The translations under genes were made by a program, and so were the position numbers. The notes beneath the pieces are model-generated. The model was not told the DNA's origin. It was given only the letters and a program-made list of their open reading frames with translations, and did no database searches. Shown piece after piece: positions 51,847-64,000 of a DNA stretch of 64,000 nucleotides (position 1 is the first letter of the stretch; every line of letters starts with the position of its first letter). Origin of the DNA: Tubulanus polymorphus. Lineage: Eukaryota > Animalia > Nemertea. The DNA lies in contig NC_134030.1 of assembly GCF_964204645.1 (NCBI RefSeq), positions 5,002,778 through 5,066,777 on the forward strand, written 5' to 3'.

Positions 51847-54800
51847 ATGGAGTTCACACGAGCTTTTCTACTGCTCTCTGTTTGTCTCTTCTCGATGACA
51901 CCTATATTTACGATCAACGCTGAAGAGGATGACCACCACGAAGAGGGAGCCGTCGACCCGTTTCATAATTTGGTCGAAGATATCCTGAAGGTCGACACTG
52001 AAACTTTGACTCAAACTCAATCCGATACGTTTTACGCGAAGTTGATTGATGTAGTTTTCACGAGACTGAATTGCTCCGTTAATGACAATTCTTCAGCTTG
52101 TTATAACGTAAGTGGGATTCATTAGACACTTCTTTCCTTTATCAATGTCTGCGTACATTTTGTTTGGTAATCAAAACTATATATGTCACATTACCGTGTA
52201 CTTTTGGCTGCCTACGGTTCACATTCGTAGCCTATTTAAGGACATATATTATATGTCCAAAGATTTGTAATGCCTCAACGATTAACAATCGATCACGACT
52301 AACTCGTGTAATGTATACATTAAGCCCAGACTAAGTATAATAACATTCATTAATAGCAATCGATAGGAAATATTCAAAATCGATTAAACAAACTTATTAG
52401 AGAAAACGTTACAGATACCGCGTTGTTTTGAACGATATAAAAGAAGTGAACAAAGGCCGCTGGTGCTATTATGGTGCGAAAAATACACATCGGAATTTCT
52501 GAAAGAAATTACCGGTACTAATATGAAATCGGGGTTGGCTTGATTTTTTGTTTATAGTTATTTCGGGACAGGAGCGAGATTTCAATGCTTTATATTTTTT
52601 CTTTTTTCAGTGTTTAACACCGACCCACGTTAAAACTGTTATTGCAGCAACTTCGGGCAACGTCACTGAGGGAAAATTCGAAAAATCAGCAGCAATCATT
52701 GCATATTTCCTGACGAATGCGAAATCAATTTGCGCGAGTATCGGAGATCCTGGCTCGAAAAATTTAACTTTTTATGATACCGGGCTTCTGCACTATGCAC
52801 ATGGGTCCGATGTCACTGAAACTGCTGTTCAGACAATTCTCCAAACTGTAATCAATGCTGGTTATGATCGGAAAGCTGGTCACGCTTCTGGTATTCCGCA
52901 TGCTGAACCTGTAATGGTAACTCCTTAAAAAGCGCAATATTTTCTGTAAAGCGGAAGAAATAACCGTTTATACCGGTATAAATATAAAGATGATTTTGCA
53001 ATAGAAACATGCCCTTTTACTTTGTCGGGTGATATTGTACTATTTTCAGTGCGCCAATGCAGACGAAATTGGTGAAATTGCCGGTTTTACCGAAGCCACT
53101 AAATTTACATCCGCCGCTGGTTTATACCCTTCCATGTCTACTCTTGTCTTCTTGATTTATAAAGGTAAAATATTTCTAAACTTCCATCAAAACATTTGGT
53201 TTCAAAGACCACGATACTTATTTGATATTCAAGAAGGAATTTTATTGACATCCAGGTACGTAGTCTATTCAAGGGATGTACTGCAGAAATAATCATTTAC
53301 ATTTCTTATACATACGGGTACCGTAAAACTGGGTTTTGTCTTTTAGTTCTTTCATAGGTAAACATGAATTCATCATACATAAAAATCCTATGAATAGATC
53401 TAACTTAGTTAAAAATCTGGATTTGTAATTCATGAATCGCGTAATTAATTTTCTTACATTGCTGAACAAGAATGGGGTCATTCTATTCGAAAAGGGTCTT
53501 TGACCTAAAGGCTGGTTTTTGACTGACGTTTGGGTCAACGAACACTTAATACAGCGATACACATAAGCCTAGCAAAATATCCAAAAAAGCAGCGATTGAC
53601 CAGACTAAATTATCGCAATGCGCCCTGGAATACTTTCTTTGTAGTCCCGTGGAACCTCGTGGCAACGAACTTCAGGTTACCACCTCGATGCTATATACAG
53701 TTCTTTGAACCAAAATTGCTTACATTTTCTCATTTGCTACACTGCGTTGTTATTTTCTATTAATCGTAATTATCTTAAATCAGCCGTTGAATTGAGATCA
53801 CGCAGAATGCTCGCAATGGAAGAAATCTAGAAAACAACATTTACGAAAAGTAATGAACATTAGTATGAGTGTAATGAATACGTTTATGTTGCAGTTTTTT
53901 ATGTACTTTGGTCCAGTCGGGAGCATACATTCATATTCTGATTACTATTTTGTGCTTATAACAACAATCAAATATCATTAGGACAGCATTGGGACTATTT
54001 TTGATAAGCTAAAAGATCTGATGCTAGGCCTTCAACTATTATAGCTGCGTTCGCACTAGGATTTCAGTACGGTACTAAGCGTTCACACTAAGATATTATT
54101 CAAGGCCTATTCGCGGCTTATTCAGTTCCGTACCGAAATACGCGGCTTATTAAGCGCGGAATTCCGCGCCGAAACCCGATCTCAGTACGGCACTGAGCTG
54201 GCCGCGTATTTTCTGTAGTGTGAACGCAGATTCGGCGCTTAGCTAGCCGCTTAGCACTAATTACACTCCCCTCTATTGGCACACTGGTTGACTACTATAC
54301 TGGGCTTACTAAAGTGCCGAATTGCCGACTCTCGTAGTGTGAACGTAACTGGCAGTGCCATATTTTGGTGAATTCGACACCAGCGAAGTACGGTACTTCG
54401 TAAGTGCCGATTGTGAACGCTGTACTTGTTCCTTTTTCATTCAAATTCATTCAAATATTTATATATAGAGATTGAGATGAACTGAACGACCTCTCATATC
54501 TCCCTCATCGATTGATCATTAAACAACCTATGATTGATCTGAACTTCGCAATGAAATTCCTAGACCCATGTTGGTCAATCGGTCCTTCTAACCCACTCGT
54601 CTGGAGCATTTGACTTCTATCTGACTTATTCATTCGCTTAATGAGGTTTTTTATCTTAAAAGGTTCATTGTTTATTGATTATCGAGTTTGCGCAGTCCTC
54701 AATCTGTTTGAATGCAATCCATGTCGACCCCCACGATTGAAATCGAGAAATGATTTAGGAATTTCAAAACGAGGAAGAATTATTGAAATTTACTAACTGA

Positions 54801-57800
54801 GAATGATTGATTCCACTTTATGATGGATTTAGTTGCGTCTGAAATATTTTTGCTTCACCTTAATTCCGAACGAGGGACCTCCATCATTGGAAGGCCTACA
54901 TTGACAGACGATTTATTGCGTTTGAATTCATTCTGTCAGACTAATTTTCCTTTGACCGATTTTCTATAACCACACTACACACGAAACAAAACCAAACCCG
55001 AGTTTTCACTTGGTTTTGGCTTGGGGTAATTTTCTCGTTATGATATAATCATTCCGAGGATTATAGTCGTGAAAAAATTTGACATGCTATAGCGAAATGC
55101 ACATCCAAGGTACCATTGGGACAATCTAAAACTAAGGCTTATTTCTGAAAGTAGTCATAATGTAAAGTAAACAAAATAGCTGCGTTTGTATGAGGAATGC
55201 GGAACTTCAAAATATAACTTAAAAATAACGAATTCGGTTTTCCCGAATTATTTTTTAAAGAATCGTCATTTTTGCTTAAAGAAACACTTAAAGAACATAA
55301 GCAGCATTAAGACTTTCAGAGGGTAAGCCGAAAGATGCATCTGGTGTTTAGGCCTCTGACTTTGATTAGAATTTCTTGCTCTTTACTGAAATTTTCACTG
55401 AAATAGTTGTAAAGATTGAGATGAACCGAACGACCCCTCGTATCTCATCGATATACCTCGATCATAAATCTGCACTTACCAATGAATTTCCTAGAGTTGG
55501 TCAATCTTACTAACCCTGTCTGAAGTATTTGACTTCTGTTTGACTTATCTATCTGCCTTATTATGTTTTTTTATCTTAAAAGGTTCATTGTTTACTGATT
55601 ATCGAGTTTGCGCAGTCGCTCAACCTGTTTGAATGCCATCCATGTCTACCCCACTTTTACTATTAAGAAATGATTTAGGAATTTCAAAACTGTAAACTAT
55701 AACATAGGACGAAATACAGAAATTAACAAAGTGGGATTGATTGATTTCCGATGGATTTATGAAACAAATTAATATATGCTATTTAGCGAAATTCACGAAA
55801 AATGCTGATGCTTCCAAGATTCCATTGGGACATTCTAAAACTAAGGCTTCATTCTGAAAGATGTCATAATGTAAAGTAAAAAACATAAAAATTTGTGTTT
55901 TACGTGTGGAATGCGGAACATTTTATTCAAATTTTAAAACCGGTCTCGGTTTTCCCGAACGATACTTACAAAGAATCTTCATACCTTATAAATAGATCGC
56001 AAACAAACCGAAAAAACATTTTGGAATTTAGAGAGGAAGCGATTTGCGCAATTTAAGATTAAAACTGAACCTGTTATGTGGGAGTTACATACGCAGTATT
56101 CGAGACAATCATTGTTTATGACCCTGGTCTTTCATGGCTGTTTTTTTCTCACATGTTTCAGGTTATGTTCTACAGACGTCAACATGCCCAGCATTGCCTG
56201 CCAAACAGAAATTTTTAGAATACCTTTACACAAAATTTGGTTTCAATGCGTCCACTCCTTTGTCCGAAGAAGGTATGAAGAAAAACCTAAATAAGGAATA
56301 GAAGCTAAACTATTAAACTTGTGCTTTTGTTGAAAATGAATAACAATTAGGTATAGACATGTATTTGCCTGCAAGACAAGCCCAAAATTTTTTATAATTA
56401 AACCAGTTTTCCTTCCGCTTTTACTTTTACTTTTGAACGAGGCACAGTTTCGGGCTTTTAAAATTCTCAAGAAAAAATTCTTTAAAAAGTTATCGTGCTG
56501 AATGTCCTGTGCGCGAGATCTTGTTTTTTTAATGCGGCGATATCTCATTGACATGTATATCATTGCGTTTGAACAGGTTTTGAGGCGATGTTGAAACAGT
56601 TAAATATCGGTAACAAAACTACATTAGAAGACATCAGTAATATTGGTGCAGATCCTCACGCGGGTCACGACCACAGACGACGAAAGCGAGCAGCAGATCC
56701 ACACGCGGGACATGGACACGAACATGGACATGGACATGGACATGGACATGAGGAGGCCACGGTCAATGAGGTATAGACTCTCTTTGTGGAGGATTTCCAG
56801 ACTTGACCGCGGTCAACGAGGTCTAAAATTCCCTAGTACATCCTTTTTGCATTTCTGACATTATTCACATCAATTATTTGCAGTGTTATAATGCTGATAG
56901 TATATTCACAATTCATGATGTTGACCACGCAGTCGGTATGCAAGCTTCACAGTTCAATGAAATTTGTCCCACTCTAATACAGCAGCAATTGAGCAAAGCG
57001 TGCACCACAGTAGAGTATACAAAGACAGAATCCACTGCTTCACAATCGGAAAGTACGTGTTAATCCGGGATTTGATCCTTTAAAGAAATAGAAAACCATT
57101 GACATTCTGAATTTTCTCTATCAAATGATATCGAGCCTTTCATTTAAGGAATTTCAAAAATATTCATGAAAACTGTTCTATTTCATATAGTTTACGGATA
57201 TGGTACATTAGCAATTGCTATAATCAGTTCGTTTGCTTTGCTCGGTGCTTTGATTGTTCCATGTATGGGTGGAAATATATACAAATGCGTTATGGTGATG
57301 TTTATTGGACTGGCTGTGGGTACTATGTCCGGAGACGCTCTGCTGCATCTGATACCACTTGTAAGCGTCTATCTAACCCCCTTCACCTTTTGTCGATGAT
57401 CGAATCCAGAGACTGAAACGGTGAATTTATTTTCAGGCTGTTGGTCTCCACGAACACGCATCTAAACCTGGTCTTAGTATCTATGAAACTATCGGAGATT
57501 ATGTATGGAAATCGTTAGGAATCATTGCAGGTAAATTCCGCTTTCAACTTTGATGACCTTTCTCCTGTCCAGCGAGCATTCGATCCTAGTTTTTGGACAC
57601 ATAGCTCCGATGAAATCTCCCCAAAGATCTGTTGTCTTCTGTCTTGTTTTTCAGCTATTTATGCTTTCTTCTTATTCGAAACAATCATGAAACTCGTCAG
57701 ACCAAAGCAGGTAAAAATTACTCATTTTAAAAATGACTTTCATTAATGAAAAACGGCCTGATATAGGTGAAAATGTCGTCTCGCACTAAAATGCACCGAT

Positions 57801-60144
57801 AGTAGTATATTGTGTGAAAACCCTTCTGATAATTTAGCACCAAGTCAAGATTTTATTTCGTACAATAGAAGATTAGGCAAATGTGATGAGAACCTTATTC
57901 GTAATGCGTATTATATATTTTACGATCGTTGTATGTGTAGGTTCATCCTGAAGATCAGGTAAGCCGCGGAGAGAAATCCGATCAGCTTTGATAATTAGCC
58001 GCCAACACACACAGAGATATCTGATTAATCCGATAGACAAACCCAAATGGTTGTTATGTCGATTCATAGACTTATTGATTGTGTGTTATGATTGTACTCT
58101 GGTGTTTTTGTAAGCTATTAACGTAAAAAGCAAAACACATTCCAAGATTCAAGTCCGTGTGTCTAATCAATGAGATGAACATGTCTTATTGGTGCACGTT
58201 TATCCCTACAACAATGAACTCAGTGTCTGTTCCCATTTTTCCAGATGTTTATTCGTTATACGTGAAGAAATGCAATTGTGATAACCAGGATCTAGTTTCA
58301 CAGTTGTGAGTTTGAGTTAACTCTGAGTTAAAATTAGTTCACATTTTCAATGAGTTAACTCAACAGTCAAATCTTAACTCAGAACTGTGGAACTGGATCC
58401 AGATTGTTGTGTGTTTCGTTACTAAATTCACTAAGTACCAGTGAAAAAGTGCTTTTGCTATGGAGCTGATGAAATTTGCTTGATAACAAACAATCTCAAT
58501 TGTGTGATCTTTTTCTAGACCAATCTTCTCTTGCACCCTGAAGCTCAGGTGAGGTATACACTCATATCGGATCCCCGAAACACGCTTATGACATTTAACG
58601 ATATTTGCACAACACTTTTTCATTCGATGGTTTTATTAACATTTAATTTCTTATGAATATCATTAGTTTTAACGTTTATATACCTTATGTAAGGTTCTAG
58701 TTTAATCTATTCTGAAGCAGAATTCACTTGCGGTGAAGGTTATACGTTCACGTTACAAGCTGATTCGCCCATATAGTCGATAACAGATCAAAAAAGAAAA
58801 ATTGAGAGTGAATAACAGTTTATTTTATTCTAGCATTGTGCTGAAGTTGACAATCATGGACACTCCCATTCGCCTGACCCGGAATTTTTCAGTAATTACA
58901 AGAGGAAGATGTCATTGCCCAAAGATTCTGCCGAAAACTATGAGCTTAAAGAGGTGAAATTAAAAAAAAATGATTCCTCATATTAGATATTCATAATTTG
59001 CTCAGATGAAATTATAGTGACCCGTACTTGCATTCTGCTTATTGTGAGACAAATCATAGTATATTAGATGATTATCTTTTTCTTTCGTTTTGCATGATTT
59101 GTTAGGCTACGAAGAACGCAAATGGAGGAATCGATAATTTTGCGTATAAAGGTTCGAATGCAGATCTTGCGAAAGAACCAGAAATCGAGTCGCAAGCAAA
59201 AATAACCACGAATGGAGATGTTGAAGCCGTATCTCCGAAAGAGGAAGAAGTCATCACGAAAAGAAAAGACTTCTGTTCAGGTATTTGTCGCTAGAAAAAT
59301 TTCCAATCAAGATTGATGTGTAGTCAAGTTAGAACCTGGGCCTGGGGCCAGTTGCACAGTCGTGACTTAAGTCAAAAAGTGGTCTTAAATCTTAAATGTG
59401 CAACTGGCCCCTGGTCGTATATTCTTAGCTGTATTTCCAATTGACTCTTGGATAGGGTTAAATCTTCAAATCTAGTTTTAGATTAAGTTTTGTTTTTGTG
59501 CTGATCATTCACAGATATTACACCTATGGCTCTGATGATTATAATCGGTGATACTATTCATAATTTTGCTGATGGGATGGCCGTTGGAGCTGCATTTGCG
59601 CAATCCCTGACAAGTGGTTTAGCCACATCGATTGCTGTCCTGTGCCACGAGGTACCGCACGAACTAGGTAAATGTTTCCGGCAATATGTTTGAACTCATC
59701 GTAAAACATTTACATTAATATGCTTTGGTAACTTTTTCAAGGTGATTTTGCGGTTTTGATATCGTCTGGTATGAGTATCAAAAAGGCTCTAGCCCTCAAT
59801 TTACTTTCGGCATGTTCAGCATTTATCGGGTTGTATATCGGTATCGCAGTATCTATGCAACCAGTCGTTAGAGAATGGATATTTGCTGTCACTGCTGGAA
59901 TGTTCTTATACGTTTCATTAGTCGATATGGTTAGTTAACTTGCTTCTAGCACATCGTATTTAAATTGTCACTGAATTGTGTAAACCTCATATTTTGTAAT
60001 CGTCTTTCTTTTCAGCTTCCGTCCTTGATGTTGACCGATGCTGGTTCAAAAATGAAAACATTTGTTTTCCAAAATGTCGGTATGATTTTGGGATATGCCG
60101 CGATGCTTATTATCGCAATCTTTGAGGAACACATTAAATTTTAG
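51847..60144 (+). CDS. LIV-1 subfamily ZIP zinc transporter (SLC39A4/A12-like, large ectodomain)
   Basis: Signal peptide, Cys-containing ectodomain, His-rich segment, CPTLIQQQL (PAL motif), [22 protein letters not shown] loop, [25 protein letters not shown] and [13 protein letters not shown]. Exons: 51847-52107, 52611-52916, 53050-53164, 56162-56272, 56577-56770, 56884-57052, 57191-57360, 57437-57530, 57655-57710, 58834-58953, 59106-59280, 59515-59667, 59742-59929, 60016-60144. Confidence 0.94.
54044..54422. mobile_element. GC-richer MITE-like element with internal repeats
   Basis: Ends gctgcgttcgcact / tgtgaacgctg. Internal gcgttcacacta, tagtgtgaacg (x2) and gtacggYact (x3). Confidence 0.6.
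54469..55982. repeat. Diverged tandem duplication in ZIP intron 3
   Basis: 54469-55268 and 55413-55982 share agattgagatgaac..., ttatcttaaaaggttcattgttta..atcgagtttgcgcagtc, ccattgggaca..actaaggctt and tcggttttcccgaa. Confidence 0.85.
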
Positions 60145-63100
60145 TGTACATAAATATATATACATATAAATATAAAATACATATCTGAATTACAATAACC
60201 GAGGCTTCATAGGCTACTGTGTAATATGTATTTTGTCATGCTATGTACAGTATTCGACAGTTAAAGTTTTTACAGATATTTATTCTTTTGTTATAAAATC
60301 TATGTCATGTATTTTATAAATGAGACTCTTTTCTCTAAAGACATTTTCTGGATTTGGCAATCGATCAGTTTGTTTATTCTCGAGTTTGGCTATAATACTT
60401 CATTTCGACACTATCTTTTGGTGATAGTCTGTCTAAGTGGGGCTATTCGTAGATCAAACGTTTGTAACTACTTGAACATATCAAATGCACTGAATGATTG
60501 CTGATTATTTCTCATCTATTCCGATATTTCTGACTTTGTGTGTATTATCGGTTTTTATGCATAAAAAACGTAAAATTAAGTTCGAAGGATATACGTACGT
60601 ATGGTAATGCTAATCTCTTACATATAGAAATTTGAATGATTGTTCTTCGTCCTCTTTAGTAGTGTGATAGTACAATGTGACGATCTTATCTCGACGCATT
60701 ATGTTTACATGTGTATATTTATATATGAGTATATGTAATTAAAGATTTCAACCTGGAACTTGAAGTCTTCACACGAGGCTGCTAGCACTGTTGAGCGGTG
60801 CTACAAAACTCAGTATTAATGTTTCGTCTGTGATTTTGTTCCTTGACCAACCAGTTATTTTAGATTTTTTAATTATCAGTATTTGGTCTCTAACTACTTA
60901 TTATATTTTCCTGTCGTCTGTGAAATAGAAAATTGTCTCTCTCTCTTTGATGTAATGAGTCCCCTGAATATTATTTCCGTTGTACAGAAATAGATAAGTT
61001 TGCTTTTTACTGCTTGCTTCAAAATGTTCTTCCGAGACGAAAAAGACTGTGTGCTTATACGTGTATTCTTTCATATTTAGTGATTGATTTTTGTAATTAT
61101 CTATTCTGCTGACATCATGTTTGTAAATGTAATATCAACTTGAGAATGTTTTGTATTCAAATATTATGTATATTTTTGCCAATAAGCAATCTTAAAAAAT
61201 CTATATCAATCAAGATAGTTTGTGTTCGATTTGTGAAATGTAAACAATATTGGTGTTGTGATAATGTTCTTTTCGTGGTGTGTTTGACAGTATAGACACC
61301 AGTCTATGATTTCAACAAAGGAGTACATACAACACGACAACATCGAGAGATTTCTATATCGGTACTTCAGTTTCTTTTACAAATTCACTTCAAGTGCCGC
61401 CTTTTCTGGCACATTCATTGACTATGTATAACACGGTTCTTTGACAGTTTTTCGAACCTAACATATCTACACTTAAAAAGTGTCACAGCGGACCCTCGTT
61501 CAGACGACCTTGTATATAACATTTTGTCGGTTATTACAAACCTAGAATTTGGTTTTGAATGGAACTATCGGTTATCGAACATACTTTCTGGACATTACCC
61601 TGACGTTGTATCGAGGTTCCAAACAATGGCCAACAAAAAAATAAAGCCAACATTGATGTTCGATAAGACTGATATTTTGATGCCTTCGATATTCCATGGT
61701 TCGTGTAAATCAACTGCACTCGCGTTCCACCTAGCAGTTCGGGTCGGGTCACTTGAAAAAGTGTCATGGAATGGTCGGATCTTTTAAATACTTAAGATGC
61801 AGGTCACTGATGTTGTGTACCATTCGATATCCTCTACCTCACATTTCACAAACCATGACCAATGTCCCTCGGAGAACATTCAGTATTCTACAATGGACTG
61901 GAAACATTGAGACTGCCAAACACCGGTAGTTTATACCAAAAATACATCCTTTTGAAGAAATAATAGTGGTGCCCTAATGCAGGTCCCCCGAATCTCATGG
62001 TCCCCAAATCTGGTCAACCTTGTGTTGTATGTAATTTCCATTGATGGGGGGATACCTAAAAAGTGTTGACACGACCAGTGGGTCTTGAAGGAACCAGAGA
62101 TTACATAGACCAAAGCAGATAAAGCCCTCTATCAAAATTACGAACCAAAAGTCGTAATACCTGTGTAATACCTCTAAGAATAACACCTTTATTAATTACA
62201 TTATTATAAAACAATTTTTGTTAAAAAATACACTATAAGTTTTTGTACAAGGGTTTTTTATCTTTAACTAATTGCATGAATATTTCATGCTACAGTATCT
62301 ATTATGTCAGCGGTATAATGCAGGTGATAAAAACTACAAGTAAATGCACCACATAAGGTTAAATTATGCACATAATTCCATTTAATAATATCAAAACTTT
62401 TAACATAATTTCACTTCATGGATAGTTCATCTCACAGCAGAGGCAGCAAGTTCAAAAATAAGAAATAAAAGAATAAAGTTAAATTTACCAATACCAGCAT
62501 GGTAGGATTTGTATTGACCGAGATTCTTTAACAAAATTGTTTAGTTTATGAGTATTGTATCGAGTATATTAAGTACATATACCATTCCGCTTTATCGTAA
62601 ATGATAATGATAAAATGCAATTTATTTTAAAAACAATTAACTAAAACAGTAATAAATCTATGGCTGCCTCCATACATTTGAACCTCATATACGATTGCTC
62701 CTCAATCAGATATAACTTTCTCTTACCCCAGTGCAAATAGATCTACCTTATGTATGTCCGTGTCCAGTTGCAGAACAATGCTAACCTCATAATGATGAGA
62801 ATATGTTAAGATCCCCTAAAAACAGCACATATTTCGATAATAAATCATAAGCACAGTAGCAAGGTAAATAAAATACAGTATTTTTGTACAGAGTTCATAA
62901 ATCTCTTGAATATAAATGCAATTTTTCGTACATAAAAATATAAACTAACAGCAGCTGGAGATATCATGGGTAGCAAACACAAAAATCCTTCAGAAAACCA
63001 ATTAGAAAACAATGCATTTCATTGCATATTCTACTGATTTGAAGTATCATTTTGAGATATAGATCTGTAGAGCCTCTAAATCATCTGCTCTATCTTATGA

Positions 63101-63554
63101 ATAATCACATACTTTCTTTAACTTTATCAAACACTAAGTGTAATTCAGGTTCAATTATGATGCACTCCTTTTCTGTAAGCACAGTCCATAAAAACTTAAT
63201 CCATCTCATAGATGGACAGATAGATAGTTCCTTTCCTACGCCTAATGCATGCACTTATGTACACAATTTCTAATAGCTTTTTTCTCCAGTTTCAGTAGTA
63301 GTAATAGTAACAATTATTCATGTTCAAACAGTAACAGTATACATGTATAACCCGATTATAACATTTATAAATCTATACACAATTTCTATCAGAACTTTCT
63401 CCATAACTAAACCTAATGATTTTATACACACCATAAATTCATACGATTATCTATCATAATAATGTAAGCACAATGAGGTCAAAAAACATTTTTTCTAAAG
63501 CACAGTTTCTTTATAGTTCCAGTCTGCAATAGTAAATGAAGGCCACTTGATGGA

Positions 63555-63797
63555 CAAGGGTCAGTTGCTCAAAAGTTGGTCCCGTGGATGTTGAAATAGT
63601 GAAAACTGATAATTCATTGATCCCGAAAACGTTTGTGTTAATAAACTGTCTTTACTCATTAGAAAATGCGGCTTTTAGTGTTATCGCTTCTATGGTTATT
63701 CGGATACTTGTACTCTCTACCTAAGATAATAATTCATTGTTACTATGGTATTTATCCGCCAGTTATCTTTAAACAACTTTTGAGCAACTGTCCCCTG
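63555..63797. mobile_element. MITE, multicopy family
   Basis: Ends caagggtcagttgctcaaaagttg ... caacttttgagcaactgtcccctg. Related copies at about 10750-10847, 13911-14130 (two adjacent) and 28469-28555. Confidence 0.7.
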
Positions 63798-64000
63798 AAT
63801 GTCAACATCAAAAACTCATAAATCATAAACGAGACAATTTCTAATTATGCTTGCATTCAAAAAGATAAAACAATCAGGGACACAAAACTCTTTACTTGTT
63901 TATCGACAAGTATTTATTTTCTTCAGCCAATTGAGTTAAAACCGACGTCATATCATTGACGACCATGTTAGACGTATCCAAAAGCGACATTTGAGACGGA

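Noticed and set aside
61200-64000. Short ORFs at the window end
   Set aside because: No recognisable domains or consistent splice sites. AT-rich sequence with a minus-strand AATAAA near 62190 may be the 3'UTR of a gene beyond the window, but this is unsupported.

Overview
AT-rich, intron-rich, gene-dense animal genomic DNA. It is probably from a lophotrochozoan invertebrate (inference from protein similarity and the GPCR type). Spliced genes reconstructed by eye, in order: (1) the 3' part of an Ig/FN3 single-pass membrane protein (+); (2) a LIM-nebulin-SH3 (LASP family) gene with an expanded array of nine 105-nt nebulin-repeat exons (-); (3) RPL23 (+), head-to-head with LASP; (4) selenoprotein O with an in-frame UGA and a 3'UTR SECIS element (-); (5) a PCBD/DCoH gene with a GC-AG intron (+); (6) a JHY homolog (-) with an intronless class A GPCR nested antisense in one intron; (7) cullin-1 (+) with a probable U12-type intron and a probable 3'UTR intron; (8) a LIV-1 family ZIP zinc transporter (+). 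Introns carry many short non-autonomous DNA transposons, a tRNA-derived SINE and Penelope-like fragments, one of which keeps an intact minimal hammerhead ribozyme core. I found no wholly new multi-gene system. The strongest leads are the modular nebulin-exon LASP, the SelO recoding signals, the intronic hammerhead, and a structured element in RPL23 intron 3. All coordinates were counted by hand and no searches were run.
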